From positions 1 through 53,284 of the forward strand of contig CAYICZ010000003.1 in NCBI GenBank assembly GCA_964362195.1: DNA of 53,284 nucleotides, read 5' to 3'. The DNA is from an uncultured Gammaproteobacteria bacterium. Lineage in GTDB: Bacteria; Patescibacteriota; Microgenomatia; Daviesbacterales; UBA10151. This document shows positions 9,706-18,236 of the stretch, one piece after another. Positions within the stretch are counted from its first letter, which is position 1; the number at the start of each line of letters is the position of its first letter. A program made the translations under genes and the position numbers. Under the pieces are notes generated by a model. It was given only the letters and a program-made list of their open reading frames with translations. It was not told the DNA's origin and ran no database searches.

Positions 9706-12700
9706 TTATGCAGCCTCCTTCTCGTCAACTATTTCAAACGGACTCTTTTCTGCTTTGATCTCTTCATCAGTAGCGGTTTCTGTCATACCAAGTGCCTGTT
9801 CCAGTTGGGCAACCTTCTGTATCATTTCCGGCTTTTCTTCTACCTCTGGAGCAGCCACGATTTTAGCACCCAATGTTTCAACTTGCAGACCCAGAGCTTG
9901 CAGTTCTTTAACCAAAACCTTGAAAGATTCCGGAATCAAAGCTTGTGGAATCTCAATACCTTTAACTATTGCCTCAAAAGCTTTAGCCCTTCCCACCACA
10001 TCATCGGATTTTATTGTCAACATCTCCTGCAAAATATGAGCTGCGCCATATGCCTCAAGCGCCCAAACTTCCATCTCTCCCAATCTTTGTCCGCCCATTT
10101 GTGCTTTACCCCCAAGAGGTTGTTGCGTAACAAGTGAGTAGGGACCGGTTGATCTGGCGTGAATTTTTTCCTCAACCATATGAATCAGTTTTAGAATATA
10201 GTTTCTTCCAACCACTATTGTATTTTCAAAAGCTTCACCGGATCTTCCGTCAATCAGCTTTACCTTACCATCTACTGGTAATCCTGCCTTTTTAAGTTCA
10301 GAAATTAATAAATCCTCAGAAATTCTCTCAAAAACTGGCGCAGCAATATTATAACCTAGCTTTTTAGCGGCAAATCCCCAGTGAGTTTCTAAAAGCTGTC
10401 CCAAATTCATACGGGATAGTACTGACAAAGGAGATATAATAATATCTATCGGTGTGCCATCTTCCAAATGAGGCATATCTGCAACCGGTAAAATCCTTGA
10501 AATTACTCCTTTATTTCCATGTCTTCCAGCCAGCTTATCACCCTCAGTGACTTTTCTCATTTGGGCCACCTTGACCTTAATCCTCATCAAAGTCCCTGTA
10601 TCCAGCTCATCCCCATCTTCACGGGATAAAATCTGAATTCCAATAACTGTTCCCCGCTCACCATGTGGAATTCGAAGAGATGTATCACGAACTTCTTTGG
10701 CTTTTTCTCCAAAAATGGCTCTAAGTAATCTCTCCTCTGCAGTTAGCTCTGTTTCACCTTTTGGCTGAACTTTGCCAACCAAAATATCATTTGGTCCAAC
10801 TTCAGCTCCAATTCTGATAATTCCCTTATCATCTAAATTTGCCAGTGCATCCTCAGATACATTTGGAATATCCCGGGTTAGCTCCTCTGGTCCCAGTTTT
10901 GTTTCAACAACATCCACCTCGTATTCTTCAATATGAATTGAAGTCAGTAAGTCTTCTTTGACTAATTTATCTGAAATAACTATCGCATCCTCATAACCTA
11001 ATCCCTCAAAACTCATATAAGCAATTAAAAGATTTTGTCCCAGCGCTAACTCTCCATTTTCAGTAGCTGCTCCATCAATCAAAAGATCACCTTTTTTCAC
11101 TTTTGTTCCAACTGATACAGCTGGTTTTTGAGAATAACAGGTTCCCTGAGGTGAATGAACAAACTTCTTAATCTCATATTTTATTTCTTCTTTCTTACCC
11201 TTGAGGGTAAGTTTTTTACCATCAACTTGAGTTATTAGCCCATCTTCGCTTGCACGAACTATCCTGCCCATATTATCTGCCACAATCCTTTCCATCCCTG
11301 TTCCCACAATCGGGGCATGTGGAATAAGTAACGGTACTGCCTGACATTGCATTTGAGTTCCCATTAAAGCCCGATTTGCATCATCATTTGCTAAAAAAGG
11401 AATAAGTGAGGCTGAAATTCCAAAAATTTGCTGAGGTGAAATATCAATTAATCTTACCATCTTTGCTTCACCTTCATAAAAGTTTCCCTGATACCTTAGC
11501 GGTACTCTTTCATCTTCAATAAATCCTTTGTCAGACACATTCACTGTTGCCTCTGTAACATGATAATCCTCTTCGTCGTCTGCTGAAATATACATAATAT
11601 CATCAGAAATCTTTGGTTTGCCTTTTTCCAAAGATACTCTTCTATATGGAGTTTCTAAAAATCCATATTCGTTAATACGGGCATAAAGCGCCAGGTAAGT
11701 CACCAGTCCAATATTTTGTCCCTCAGGAGACCGGATCGGATCAATTCTTCCGTATTGTGAATGATTAATATCCCGGACAGAAAAGCTGGCACGATCTCTT
11801 GTTATACCGCCTGCCCCCATAACAGAAAGCCGCCTTAAATGATCCAACTCAGAAAGTGGATTAACCTGATCTAAAATTGATGAGAGTTGAGATGAGCGGA
11901 AAAATTCATTGATAGCTGCAATTACAGGTTTTGCATTAATTAATCCTCCTGGTGATACTTCCTGATCAGCAGTTGTTAAACTCATCCTTTCTTTAATAAT
12001 TCGCTCAAGTCTTAAAACTCCAATCCTGAAAGCATTTTGCTGAACTAACTCTCCGGCACATCTGACACGTCTATTTGCCAAATGATCAATATCATCTACT
12101 TTGCCTTCCCTGTTTGTAAGCTTAATAAGATACTTAAGAGTTGCAATAATATCTGTTTTTTTTAAGATCCAATTTTCTTCCGTATTTGATACATCCAAAC
12201 CTAGCTTTTTATTTATCTTAAATCTGCCTACCTTTGTTAGATTATAGCGTCTGCTATTAAAAAACATTCCTTCTAAAAGAGCTTTTGCATTTTCTAACAC
12301 AACAGGATCTCCTGGCCTCATTTTTCTAAATATTTCCAAAAGAGCCTCATCAGTATTAGTTGTCGGGTCTTTAGCTAACGTTAAGTCAATCAATTTTTCC
12401 TCACCAGAATCTACATCACTAAATTGTTCTCTAATTTCTTCATTTTCCGAAAATCCAATAGCCCGAAGTAAAGTTGTCACAGCAAATTTTCTTCTTCGAT
12501 CAATTTTGGCAGTTAAAACACCAGTCCTGGAAACTGAAAACTCAAGCCATGAACCTCTATATGGCCTAACTTCAGCAGAATATAATCTTTTTCCTGTTAT
12601 CGGATCATCTGCTGCAGAAAAAAAGACCCCTGGGGATCTTACTAATTGGTTAATAATAACCCTTTCAACTCCATTAACAATAAAAGTTCCTTTTTCTGTC

Positions 12701-13056
12701 ATTTGAGGAATATCCCCCAAGAAAACCTCCTGTGTGCTCCTGTTGCCAGTCTGTTTATTTGTTAAAATTGCTTCAATTTTTAAAGGGGCGTCATATGTGA
12801 CGCCTTTTTCTCTTGCTATCTCAGCTGTATATTTAGATTTGCCAAAATGAAACTGGCCCAGTTCCAGGAGCCAGTTTTTCTGAGTAAAGTCCTCAACAGG
12901 TGTAATTTCAGTGAGAACTTCTTTAATGCCCTCTAATAAAAACCATTTATAAGAATCAAGTTGGATTTGGATCAAATTAAGTTCAGGAACTTGAGATGGA
13001 GTCTTGCTCCAAAATTTTCGGTTTGTATTTTGTTGTAAATTAAGGTTCGCTGGCAT
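9706..13056 (-). CDS. rpoB: RNA polymerase beta subunit
   Basis: GDKLAGRHGNKGV, HARSTGPYSLVTQQPLGGKAQMGGQRLGEMEVWAL. Confidence 0.99.
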   Translation of the reverse strand: MPANLNLQQNTNRKFWSKTPSQVPELNLIQIQLDSYKWFLLEGIKEVLTEITPVEDFTQKNWLLELGQFHFGKSKYTAEIAREKGVTYDAPLKIEAILTNKQTGNRSTQEVFLGDIPQMTEKGTFIVNGVERVIINQLVRSPGVFFSAADDPITGKRLYSAEVRPYRGSWLEFSVSRTGVLTAKIDRRRKFAVTTLLRAIGFSENEEIREQFSDVDSGEEKLIDLTLAKDPTTNTDEALLEIFRKMRPGDPVVLENAKALLEGMFFNSRRYNLTKVGRFKINKKLGLDVSNTEENWILKKTDIIATLKYLIKLTNREGKVDDIDHLANRRVRCAGELVQQNAFRIGVLRLERIIKERMSLTTADQEVSPGGLINAKPVIAAINEFFRSSQLSSILDQVNPLSELDHLRRLSVMGAGGITRDRASFSVRDINHSQYGRIDPIRSPEGQNIGLVTYLALYARINEYGFLETPYRRVSLEKGKPKISDDIMYISADDEEDYHVTEATVNVSDKGFIEDERVPLRYQGNFYEGEAKMVRLIDISPQQIFGISASLIPFLANDDANRALMGTQMQCQAVPLLIPHAPIVGTGMERIVADNMGRIVRASEDGLITQVDGKKLTLKGKKEEIKYEIKKFVHSPQGTCYSQKPAVSVGTKVKKGDLLIDGAATENGELALGQNLLIAYMSFEGLGYEDAIVISDKLVKEDLLTSIHIEEYEVDVVETKLGPEELTRDIPNVSEDALANLDDKGIIRIGAEVGPNDILVGKVQPKGETELTAEERLLRAIFGEKAKEVRDTSLRIPHGERGTVIGIQILSREDGDELDTGTLMRIKVKVAQMRKVTEGDKLAGRHGNKGVISRILPVADMPHLEDGTPIDIIISPLSVLSRMNLGQLLETHWGFAAKKLGYNIAAPVFERISEDLLISELKKAGLPVDGKVKLIDGRSGEAFENTIVVGRNYILKLIHMVEEKIHARSTGPYSLVTQQPLGGKAQMGGQRLGEMEVWALEAYGAAHILQEMLTIKSDDVVGRAKAFEAIVKGIEIPQALIPESFKVLVKELQALGLQVETLGAKIVAAPEVEEKPEMIQKVAQLEQALGMTETATDEEIKAEKSPFEIVDEKEAA

Positions 13057-13081
13057 TAGTAGATGGCCTCAGTCAACAAAA

Positions 13082-13160
13082 GGAAGCATACGTACCCGTA
13101 CGCCTCCAATTTATTTATTCGATTGACCTTAATTTACCACAATTTATATTGCCTTGTCAA
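13082..13160 (-). promoter_or_regulatory. rpoB promoter and leader hairpin
   Basis: TTGACA (13160-13155), 18 nt, TG-G-TAAATT (13136-13131). Hairpin GGAGGCGTACG-GGTA-CGTATGCTTCC at 13107-13082. Confidence 0.55.
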
Positions 13161-13493
13161 TACCTCGTCTTTTTTCATTTGCTCTACTAACTCCTCAGAA
13201 GAAACAAACTTTTTATTGCCTCTGATTTTCTTAATCAGCTCCACAGAAATCCATTTATCATAAATATTTTGATTAAAATCTAAAATATAGATTTCAGCTT
13301 TATAATTTTTTTCATTAAAAGTTTTGGCAACTCCTATAAAAGTTATTGATTTGAATTCTTTCCCCTCAAGTTTAGTTTTAGAAATATAAATCCCCTCGGG
13401 AATATTTTTATGCAAGTTTACATTAGCTGTTGGAAAACCTAAACTTTTTCCTCTTTTACTATGTGTTCTCACCTTCCCCCAGAATCTATACAT
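13134..13493 (-). CDS. Stand-alone riboflavin kinase (RibF C-terminal domain only)
   Basis: RGKSLGFPTANV, EGIY, AEIYILDFNQNIYDK, IRGNKKF; no FAD-synthetase domain. Confidence 0.88.
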   Translation of the reverse strand: MYRFWGKVRTHSKRGKSLGFPTANVNLHKNIPEGIYISKTKLEGKEFKSITFIGVAKTFNEKNYKAEIYILDFNQNIYDKWISVELIKKIRGNKKFVSSEELVEQMKKDEVLTRQYKLW

Positions 13494-13496
13494 GTA

Positions 13497-13760
13497 TTAT
13501 TTCTTTAAAGCTTCTAAGAATTGTTCTTCAGAAAAACCAAAACTTTTTACTTCTTTTAAAATTTTATTTCTTAGATCTTCATAAATTTCTTTGGTATGAG
13601 GAATGATTACAAAGTTTTTTTGACCTGGTTGTATTTTTATTCCAATCGGACTTTTTGCTTTGTAGTGTCCGCCTTTACCTTTAGATCTATCAATTGTAAA
13701 ACCTAGATTTTTAAGGGCTTTTTCTAAATCTTTAGAAGAGAATGCAGGAATATTAGGCAT
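13497..13760 (-). CDS. hicA: HicA-family mRNA interferase toxin
   Basis: SSKDLEKALKNLGF...KGGHY...VIIPHTKEI; dsRBD-like HicA pattern with the conserved His. Confidence 0.8.
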   Translation of the reverse strand: MPNIPAFSSKDLEKALKNLGFTIDRSKGKGGHYKAKSPIGIKIQPGQKNFVIIPHTKEIYEDLRNKILKEVKSFGFSEEQFLEALKK

Positions 13761-14044
13761 TATGCAGCAAAGAATAAATCAAAATTAGTAGGGGCTGCTG
13801 GTCTTAAATTTGTTATATGTTTAGTTTCTTGAATATAGACCACTTTGCTGGCATTTCTTCTGGGTACATCAAAATAGGTTAGTATTGCATCAGTTACATT
13901 TTCATGAAGCTTTGATAAATCCTCAATTTGAGTAAAACATCCAGGTAAATCAGGAAATTCCACGACATATCCTCCTTCTTTAACTTTACGGAGGCTAACT
14001 TCAACCTTTTTGGGAAGATGGTATTTTTGCGAAATATTTTTCAT
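13760..14044 (-). CDS. hicB: HicB-family antitoxin, short form
   Basis: KEGGYVVEFPDLPGCFTQIEDL...VTDAI. TAATG overlap with hicA; hicB precedes hicA. Confidence 0.85.
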   Translation of the reverse strand: MKNISQKYHLPKKVEVSLRKVKEGGYVVEFPDLPGCFTQIEDLSKLHENVTDAILTYFDVPRRNASKVVYIQETKHITNLRPAAPTNFDLFFAA

Positions 14045-14062
14045 AAAGAAATTATAACTCTA

Positions 14063-15031
14063 TTAAGGATAATTTGCCACATTTTGATTATGTTCTTCTA
14101 AGGTTTTTGCATAATAGGAATTTCCTTTGGAATCATGATAATAATATAAATATGGAGTTGAAGGATCTGCATTAGCAACAGCAGTTAAGGATGCTAGCCC
14201 TGGATTACAAATTGGGGCGGGTGGGAAACCCGAATGAATATAGGTATTATAAGGCGAATCTATTTTTAGATCTTCACGGGTGAGTTGTTTTTTCCACCAG
14301 GATTTCTCATTCGCCTGGTATCCCAGGGCATACTGAATTGTAGCATCGGCATTTAAGCCCATGCCAATTTTAAATCTTTTCAAAAGAATAGAGGCAACTT
14401 GTTTTCTCACATCATCAGATCTTGCTTCCCGCTCCACAATTGAGGCCAATATCACTCCCTGATCTTCTGTTAATCCTAAAGCTTTAATTTTACTTTTTAG
14501 CTCATCAGAATATTTAAGGTCAAAAGTACTTTTAAGTCTTTGTGCAACTTGCGAAGCTGTATAATCTTTGGGGAATAGATAAGTATCAGGAAACATATAA
14601 CCTTCTTTGGCATATTTTAAGAATTCATCACCCAGCTTTTGTGCCATTTCTTCTACTCTCCAACCCTCAATTAGTGTTACCCAATTATCCAGCGGCTCCG
14701 AAGTTAGCATATTTAAAATTTCCCTGGAAGTCATTGATGGAGAAAGCCTGAAAGTACCTGGCTGAATTTTACTACCCAACCCTGATTGTTTGGCAAAAAT
14801 AGTAAATGCAAAAGTATTTTTAATAAGTTTTGCTTCTTTTAAATCATCAGTGACTTGAGAAAACCCTTCACCCTTATCAACAACAAAAACTATGCTGGAT
14901 TTGTCATTTGAAACAGTAGAAAGCTCAGAATTAATCCAAAACTTAAATCCAAAAAATAAAATAATAACTAGAAATATTACCCAAATTATTCTTTTATTGC
15001 GAAGCAACAAGCTCGTCTTATATTTTTTCAT
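14063..15031 (-). CDS. mltG: Endolytic transglycosylase MltG
   Basis: N-terminal TM, VTLIEG, EGYMFPDTY, LASIVEREA (catalytic Glu), SPYNTYIHSGFPPAPICNPG. Confidence 0.95.
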   Translation of the reverse strand: MKKYKTSLLLRNKRIIWVIFLVIILFFGFKFWINSELSTVSNDKSSIVFVVDKGEGFSQVTDDLKEAKLIKNTFAFTIFAKQSGLGSKIQPGTFRLSPSMTSREILNMLTSEPLDNWVTLIEGWRVEEMAQKLGDEFLKYAKEGYMFPDTYLFPKDYTASQVAQRLKSTFDLKYSDELKSKIKALGLTEDQGVILASIVEREARSDDVRKQVASILLKRFKIGMGLNADATIQYALGYQANEKSWWKKQLTREDLKIDSPYNTYIHSGFPPAPICNPGLASLTAVANADPSTPYLYYYHDSKGNSYYAKTLEEHNQNVANYP

Positions 15032-15392
15032 CTAAATAATTCTGCAAAATAATGCCGGCAGAATATGCATCATTTATTCTCCTTTTCTTTTTTGGAATAT
15101 TTAATTCTAACATCTCTCTTTTGGCGTTTTGTGTAGATAATGTTTCATCTGCTTCAATTATATCTACACCGGATTCTCTTAATTTTTTAATTGCTTTTTT
15201 TACTATTTTTCCCATTTTACCTTCCGGTAAACCAATTACTAGTCTGTCAAAACCCTCTGCTTCTTTTTTAATTTTATCCAAAAGATTTAAAAAATTGGTC
15301 CCTTCAATTGTTTTTAATGGAGAAGCCAACTCACCTTCGGAAACAGCCAGTCCAACTCTTTTCATTCCAAAATCTATTCCTAAATATTTCAT
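15018..15392 (-). CDS. yqgF: YqgF/RuvX RNase H-fold nuclease (pre-16S maturation / Holliday-junction-resolvase-like)
   Basis: YLGIDFGMKRVGLAVSE, VIGLP, DETLST, DAYSAGIILQNYLD. Confidence 0.93.
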   Translation of the reverse strand: MKYLGIDFGMKRVGLAVSEGELASPLKTIEGTNFLNLLDKIKKEAEGFDRLVIGLPEGKMGKIVKKAIKKLRESGVDIIEADETLSTQNAKREMLELNIPKKKRRINDAYSAGIILQNYLDEKI

Positions 15393-16049
15393 TCACAGTA
15401 TTTTACCTAAAACAACCAGCCTTTTAAAGTTTAAGCCTGGTGGAACACAGGTCATTAAAGAAACATATCTGCCTTGCTCTTCCGGAGCATTAATAACAGA
15501 AAGATCATTTGGACTCACCACTTTAAACCCGGTAACTTCATAAACAAATTTAGAACCCGGGGTTTCCAGAATAATCTGATCACCTTTTTTTAAATCAGGC
15601 AGTTTAGAAAATACAGCTTCTTTTAAGGAAAAAACTTGGCTTAAGGCAGAATGTCCGGAAATAAACAGATTTCCTTTTTCACCAGGCAGAGCAGATCCGG
15701 GCAATTGAGCTAAACTTTTTGATATATCATTGCTGTCAACCAATACATCTACTTTTTCTATCTTAAGTCTGGGGATAGATAAACTAAACTTAGTATAGTT
15801 AGGTTGAGTCTCTCTTTTTAAACTGGATACAAACTCAGGAAAGTTATCTTTATTATTAACAGAAACCCCCAAGATAGAAGCTTCGTTGCTATTCTGTGGG
15901 GTGATTAAATTACTTTCTAAATTTTGCCCAATTTGCCAAATCTCAAAAGAAATAATTGGCGCAACAACCTGTATCAATAAAAACATCCCGATTGCTAAAA
16001 ACCCCAGAGCTAAAACTTTGGCCGGAGATTTTACTAAAACACTGATCAT
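15393..16049 (-). CDS. Sortase
   Basis: N-terminal TM, LSIPRLKI, NLFISGHS (His), LMTCVPPG (Cys), RLVV (Arg). Confidence 0.92.
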   Translation of the reverse strand: MISVLVKSPAKVLALGFLAIGMFLLIQVVAPIISFEIWQIGQNLESNLITPQNSNEASILGVSVNNKDNFPEFVSSLKRETQPNYTKFSLSIPRLKIEKVDVLVDSNDISKSLAQLPGSALPGEKGNLFISGHSALSQVFSLKEAVFSKLPDLKKGDQIILETPGSKFVYEVTGFKVVSPNDLSVINAPEEQGRYVSLMTCVPPGLNFKRLVVLGKIL

Positions 16050-18196
16050 TTTAGTCCCACCTCAACTGTAATATTTTTTGTTAAAAATGGAAGCCTTTGC
16101 AAAAATGCAGGTAATTTAGGGATAATGCTGATATCAGAACCTAAAACATTATCCATTCCCCTTATCTGATCCAGGGCTCCTGAAACTGACTTTCCTTTTA
16201 TATCATTTTTGACTTTTTCTGTATCAATTTTAGGTAATAGTTTGGCTTTAAACTTTGCAAGAAAAACTATTTTCCCGCTTTTGTCTACGCTGGACACATC
16301 AGCCTGTGTTTCAGTATTAGATAAATCAAGCATAAACTCATCAGGCACTTGAGTTGTCACCAGTTTTGAAACTATCAACCTTAGATCTGAATCATTATAG
16401 GCAGTACCTGTATATTTTGCGCTCATGTTCAGGGAAAATTCAGATGCCTGATCATTAATATTCTTACTATAACTTTTACTTATAATTTGCTCGGACAATG
16501 CTTCCTGTAAAATTTTCTTTCCGGCAAGTTTTTCTTGCAGTTTCTGTTGCGCTTGCAACCTTAAATCAGATGAGACTTTTGCCAATAATCTTTTTTGATC
16601 ATCAGATGAAACAACTGTTACCTGTTTGCTTGTTCCACCTGAGAAATTCCCTTCAGCTTTAGCAGACACTTGCGAAGAAGAATAGCCACTGACAGTTAAT
16701 TCTGAAGCGGATGCCAAATTGCCATCTGCACCAATTGAAGAAGCATTCACTTGAGCATTAGTTTTACCAAAAGTAATTCCAGAATCCAAAGCAGACTGAG
16801 AAGCTATAGATATAGATGTATCTAGGGTAAATTTTTGACTTCCAGAACTAAGTATTGTTCCTTTGCTGAAGGATACACTATCAGATGTTTTATTATAGAT
16901 CACAACTGTCCCTTTGGCAGCATCCCCAACTTCCCGCCTACCAGAAGCGCTATCTTTCCCGGAACCTGAAACTTGCGTTTCAACTATCTGGCCGGGGATT
17001 ATTTTGGCGTCTTCATCAACTTTCTTTTGGTTAGGATCAGCAATGACCTGAGCATCTTTTTCCAAGATTTTAGGCTCTACAAAAATCTTGACATCAGCTT
17101 TTGGTATAAAAACTAATGCTGCTAAAATGAATAAAATTATAGCTATTACTCCCAATAAAATTGGTGATTTAACTAATCTTTTCGGAAGAAACTTTTTCAA
17201 ATTAAATTTATCTTTAGAGACAACTTCATCTTCAAAATCCGGAGCTTCCAAAAGGTTTGACTCCTCATCAGCTAAAATAGGTTCTTTTTTATCTTCTTCC
17301 TCTGGTTGCTTTGAAACATCACCCACCATAAAGCCAAAATTACCTCCTACTTCTATCTCTTCTTTTTTCTCTTTCGGCTCCGATTCTTCCTCATCTATTA
17401 TTACAGGTTTCCCGGCTTGTTTTTCTAGAGGTTTATCTGTGTAGGAAACATCTGCATTTAATTCTGATGCACCTGCTAAACAAACGCTTTTTATTTCAAT
17501 CCCTTCCCCCAAAATATCTATTTTCGGAAAGTGTAAAAAAGATAACTTGCTCATCCAGTTGTAGGATAAAAGCTGGCTTTTTAATTTCTCTAAATTAGAC
17601 TTTGAATCATAAATTAAAATTTTAGAAGGAAGGGTTTCAACAGAACTAAATGTGAGCAATGCTTTTTCCAGATCCACCCCGGAATTTTCACCTTTTTGTA
17701 TAACCTTTACCCCATCTAACTTTCCGGCCCTTACAACAGTTGTTGTGATATGATTTTCCTCAAATCCTGCCAGAATTGCAGTTGTTGGGACACCTTCCAG
17801 TTTTTCCAGAAAATTAACCAGTGCATTAGCAACTGCAACATATGCCATTGGGGTAAGTTCTAAATTTTTAACCAAACTTCTTAAGATTTTTAAATATTCA
17901 TCTTTTAGACTGTCATCTGAAAGCCAATGGCTTGGTACACCAAAAAGGATTTTTTGAGGTTCAACTTCCCTAATGCCTAAAACTGCATCCAAAAGTTTAT
18001 CAGCAACAGGAGCTAGCTCCTCTAACGAGGAGTAAGAATCCGAAGCTGTATCCAGAATCTTAAGATTTTTTCCATCAATAGTCCAAAGAGCAGCTGTTAA
18101 CTTCTCGTTACCAATATTTAAAGCAAAATAATACTCTTGCTCCACATCCTTTTTTGCAAAAGGCAATCGGGCAGAGAGTTTGTCTATAAAACTCAT
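16046..18196 (-). CDS. Bitopic protein: FtsA/PilM-like N-domain, acidic linker, TM, baseplate-J-like extracellular domain
   Basis: YFALNIGNEKLTAALW resembles an actin-fold first strand. TM ILLGVIAIILFILAALVFIP. AKGTVVIYN...F-L-TS-SI...VNASSIGADGNL resembles the baseplate J/gp47 pattern. Confidence 0.55.
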   Translation of the reverse strand: MSFIDKLSARLPFAKKDVEQEYYFALNIGNEKLTAALWTIDGKNLKILDTASDSYSSLEELAPVADKLLDAVLGIREVEPQKILFGVPSHWLSDDSLKDEYLKILRSLVKNLELTPMAYVAVANALVNFLEKLEGVPTTAILAGFEENHITTTVVRAGKLDGVKVIQKGENSGVDLEKALLTFSSVETLPSKILIYDSKSNLEKLKSQLLSYNWMSKLSFLHFPKIDILGEGIEIKSVCLAGASELNADVSYTDKPLEKQAGKPVIIDEEESEPKEKKEEIEVGGNFGFMVGDVSKQPEEEDKKEPILADEESNLLEAPDFEDEVVSKDKFNLKKFLPKRLVKSPILLGVIAIILFILAALVFIPKADVKIFVEPKILEKDAQVIADPNQKKVDEDAKIIPGQIVETQVSGSGKDSASGRREVGDAAKGTVVIYNKTSDSVSFSKGTILSSGSQKFTLDTSISIASQSALDSGITFGKTNAQVNASSIGADGNLASASELTVSGYSSSQVSAKAEGNFSGGTSKQVTVVSSDDQKRLLAKVSSDLRLQAQQKLQEKLAGKKILQEALSEQIISKSYSKNINDQASEFSLNMSAKYTGTAYNDSDLRLIVSKLVTTQVPDEFMLDLSNTETQADVSSVDKSGKIVFLAKFKAKLLPKIDTEKVKNDIKGKSVSGALDQIRGMDNVLGSDISIIPKLPAFLQRLPFLTKNITVEVGLK

Positions 18197-18236
18197 AGAG
18201 AGATAAATTTATCTTAACATAACAAAGCTTATTCTG

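Noticed and set aside
16046-18196. Prophage or contractile injection system suggested by the baseplate-J-like domain
   Set aside because: No capsid, terminase, sheath, tube, integrase or other tail genes are present; the flanks are housekeeping genes.
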